This document shows, one piece after another, positions 61,908 through 64,000 of a DNA stretch of 64,000 nt. How positions within the stretch are numbered: the first letter of the stretch is position 1; each line of letters begins with the position of its first letter. The translations under genes and the position numbers were made by a program. A model generated the notes under the pieces. That model did not search any database. It saw only the letters and a program-made list of their open reading frames with translations, and was not told where the DNA came from. The DNA comes from Ginglymostoma cirratum (Eukaryota), in contig JAHRHZ010000082.1 of NCBI GenBank assembly GCA_024137785.1, forward strand, positions 8,587,727 through 8,651,726, written 5' to 3'.

Positions 61908-62885
61908 TGTCACAAAAATGTAACTGCACAACTAAACACCAAGATGATCAAGCAGATTACTATTCAGGACAAAAGCAGTTCACACCAGGTTTCATCATTA
62001 AGAGGAAAAATAATTCTACCTGTTGTAAAAAAGCTTAATGTTTAATAAATGACAAAATTGGATTATTAATCTACTACCAGACAACTTAAGCTATACCCTT
62101 TTTAAACACAACCACACATATTCATTCACAAATGAGACAGACCGTTTGAGACAAATACAATACTTGAAAAAATGTAGGAAGAGAAAATGAATTCTGTAGA
62201 TCAAGGTCCAGACCACAAGAGTGGGTTAATTCCACAGTCCTTTAGATTTTTAGCAATGATGACATGATGTTGTCTGCAGAATGATGGTCAAACTTTGATT
62301 CAGTAACTGATTGGGTGGGCTCAGGTCTTTTATTGTATTGAATTTCTATCTCTAGAGTTTGTAGGTTTTTCGCTTCTTGCACTCAGAGATAAGGTGAAAA
62401 GCTGTTTCTCATTTGCAGACTTCTGGTTTTCTCTGAGTGCACTACCTTACAAGTCTGTGAAACTGCAACTTAAAAAGAAAATTGAAAAGCCTTTTGCTGG
62501 GCAGTTTTCCCTTGACTGAAAGGCTGCTGGTACCACTCTGTCTCATAAAGTATCCATCTCACAGCTTAAAAAAGTAATATATCATTTTACAACTAAAACT
62601 TTACCACAATCCCACTTGAATTTCAAGTTGCAATGAAAAGCTATCCTGGTACTTGTAACTATATGGAAGTATCCAACTTACATTTTTGGTTTCTAGTCCA
62701 TAAGGAAAACAAAGTGCTCCCTTGCAATATTGTTTAAATTCTTCTTTAGTTCATCTTACCTTACTTTCTATCTTATTCCAATCTTAATTCATTTATTTTG
62801 TTAATTAAAATTTTATTTTTAACATAAAGGCACTTAGTGCTTTTAACTTCCTGGTTGCTGCCTCTGAGAATACTTCATTGTGACA
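61908..62885. mobile_element. Candidate long solo LTR (about 980 bp) of unknown family
   Basis: Perfect inverted termini TGTCACAA 61908-61915 / TTGTGACA 62878-62885. Non-coding. No TSD seen. Confidence 0.35.
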
Positions 62886-63704
62886 GTCCACCTCTCCTTC
62901 TTACTGATATCACTGCTGCTGGACACCTGGAGATTCTTGGAGTATATTTTGTGAATGACAGCAATGCCAAGTGCAATGTTTAACAATGGATTTTCCATCA
63001 AATCTATTTGAATGCCAGATGATCTCTTCTTCACAGTAATTCATTGAACCTTTAAAATGCTTCTGAAGATGTTTCCTCCAAGTTTAAAGTGATGTCTAAG
63101 ATTTCCTGAAGAACTTAACCTACATGCCCTCTTTACTTAAACAGACCACGGCTTCTAACATGAGGGAAAAATATATCATTGAATCATGTGAAGCAGAATG
63201 CAAACCCATTTAAATGTATGTAGTTGCATTTAGTTTACGGAGAAAATGCATTAACATAGATTGAACTAAAGTGCATTACTTACAACTATAAAATGAGTCA
63301 AATCTATTTGTTGAACTAAGCATTTTAGAATGTTTACCAAAGTTTTGAGGATCAATAGGTTATATTTTTAAGTTAAACTGAGCAAAACCTGAATTTGAAC
63401 AATCATACTCAGTTTACTTTCTAAGGGATGCAAACAATCAACAATAAAAGTTACAGTTCGGATCGGAAATGTTGCATATTTGTCCAACCTTACAACCTGC
63501 ACACTTCAAGTTTGACCTTGTCATATTCCATAGAAATACACCTATGGTCCTAACAGCACAGAAACCATAAAGCTCTGTGTACTTATCATCATGTAGCTTT
63601 GTTGCCACCATAACTTTTAATCCAATCTCAAGCTGATATATATTCAGGTCTCTTCTGAAATTATTAGTCACAACTTGCATTGTTGTCATATCTAGCATAA
63701 TGAA

Positions 63705-64000
63705 AGATAGTTGTGGTTGTTGGTGGTCAATCATCTTAGCTCCAGGACATTGCTGCAAGCATTCCTCAGGATAGAGTCCAAGATCCAACCATCTTCAGCT
63801 GCTTCCACAATGACCTTCCCTCCATCATCAGATCAGAGGTGGGGACATTAACTGATCATTGCATATTTGCATCTCCTCAGATACTGAAAACAGACAATGT
63901 CCAGGCTTGGGCTGGTAAGTGAAAAGTAGTAGTCATGCCACATGGGTGCCAGGCCATTATCATTTCCAACAAGAGACTCCGCCTTGATGATCAATGGCAT
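63705..64000 (+). mobile_element. Zenon-like LINE RT fragment running off the window end
   Basis: CATTCCTCAGGATAGAGTCC..CCAACCATCTTCAGCTGCTTCCACAATGACCTTCCC (PQ.S..PTIFSCF.NDLP). The 3' part overlaps in sequence with 42200-42300. Confidence 0.75.

Noticed and set aside
1-64000. CRISPR array, operon or other prokaryotic or phage system
   Set aside because: No regularly spaced repeat-spacer array and very low coding density. Vertebrate SINE/LINE content occurs throughout.

Overview
Eukaryotic, AT-rich, essentially non-coding genomic DNA. The repeat content (HE1/V-SINE-like SINEs, HER1/CR1, SacSINE1/DeuSINE-like, L2, RTE, Penelope-like and Gypsy remnants) points to an elasmobranch, probably a shark; this is inference. 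I recognise no host-gene exon, so the window looks like a large intron or gene desert. Nearly all listed ORFs are chance ORFs or retroelement fragments. Main observations: (1) About ten Penelope-like (PLE) insertions from three unrelated families. Most are small fold-back units with 10-17 bp target-site duplications (TSDs). They carry a minimal hammerhead-ribozyme core (CUGANGA-N-stemII-GAAACGUC), and one arm overhangs the other by a consistent 32-40 nt. (2) A degenerate Gypsy provirus with a CR1 nested in it and a second related LTR nearby. (3) A dispersed 5S rRNA pseudogene. (4) A 200-bp patchwork insertion copied from two nearby loci. (5) A 400-N gap that is probably a hairpin artefact. (6) Repeat-free blocks with exact PBX-MEIS and PBX-HOX composite motifs, which are candidate conserved enhancers. 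Family names come from sequence recognition, not database searches.
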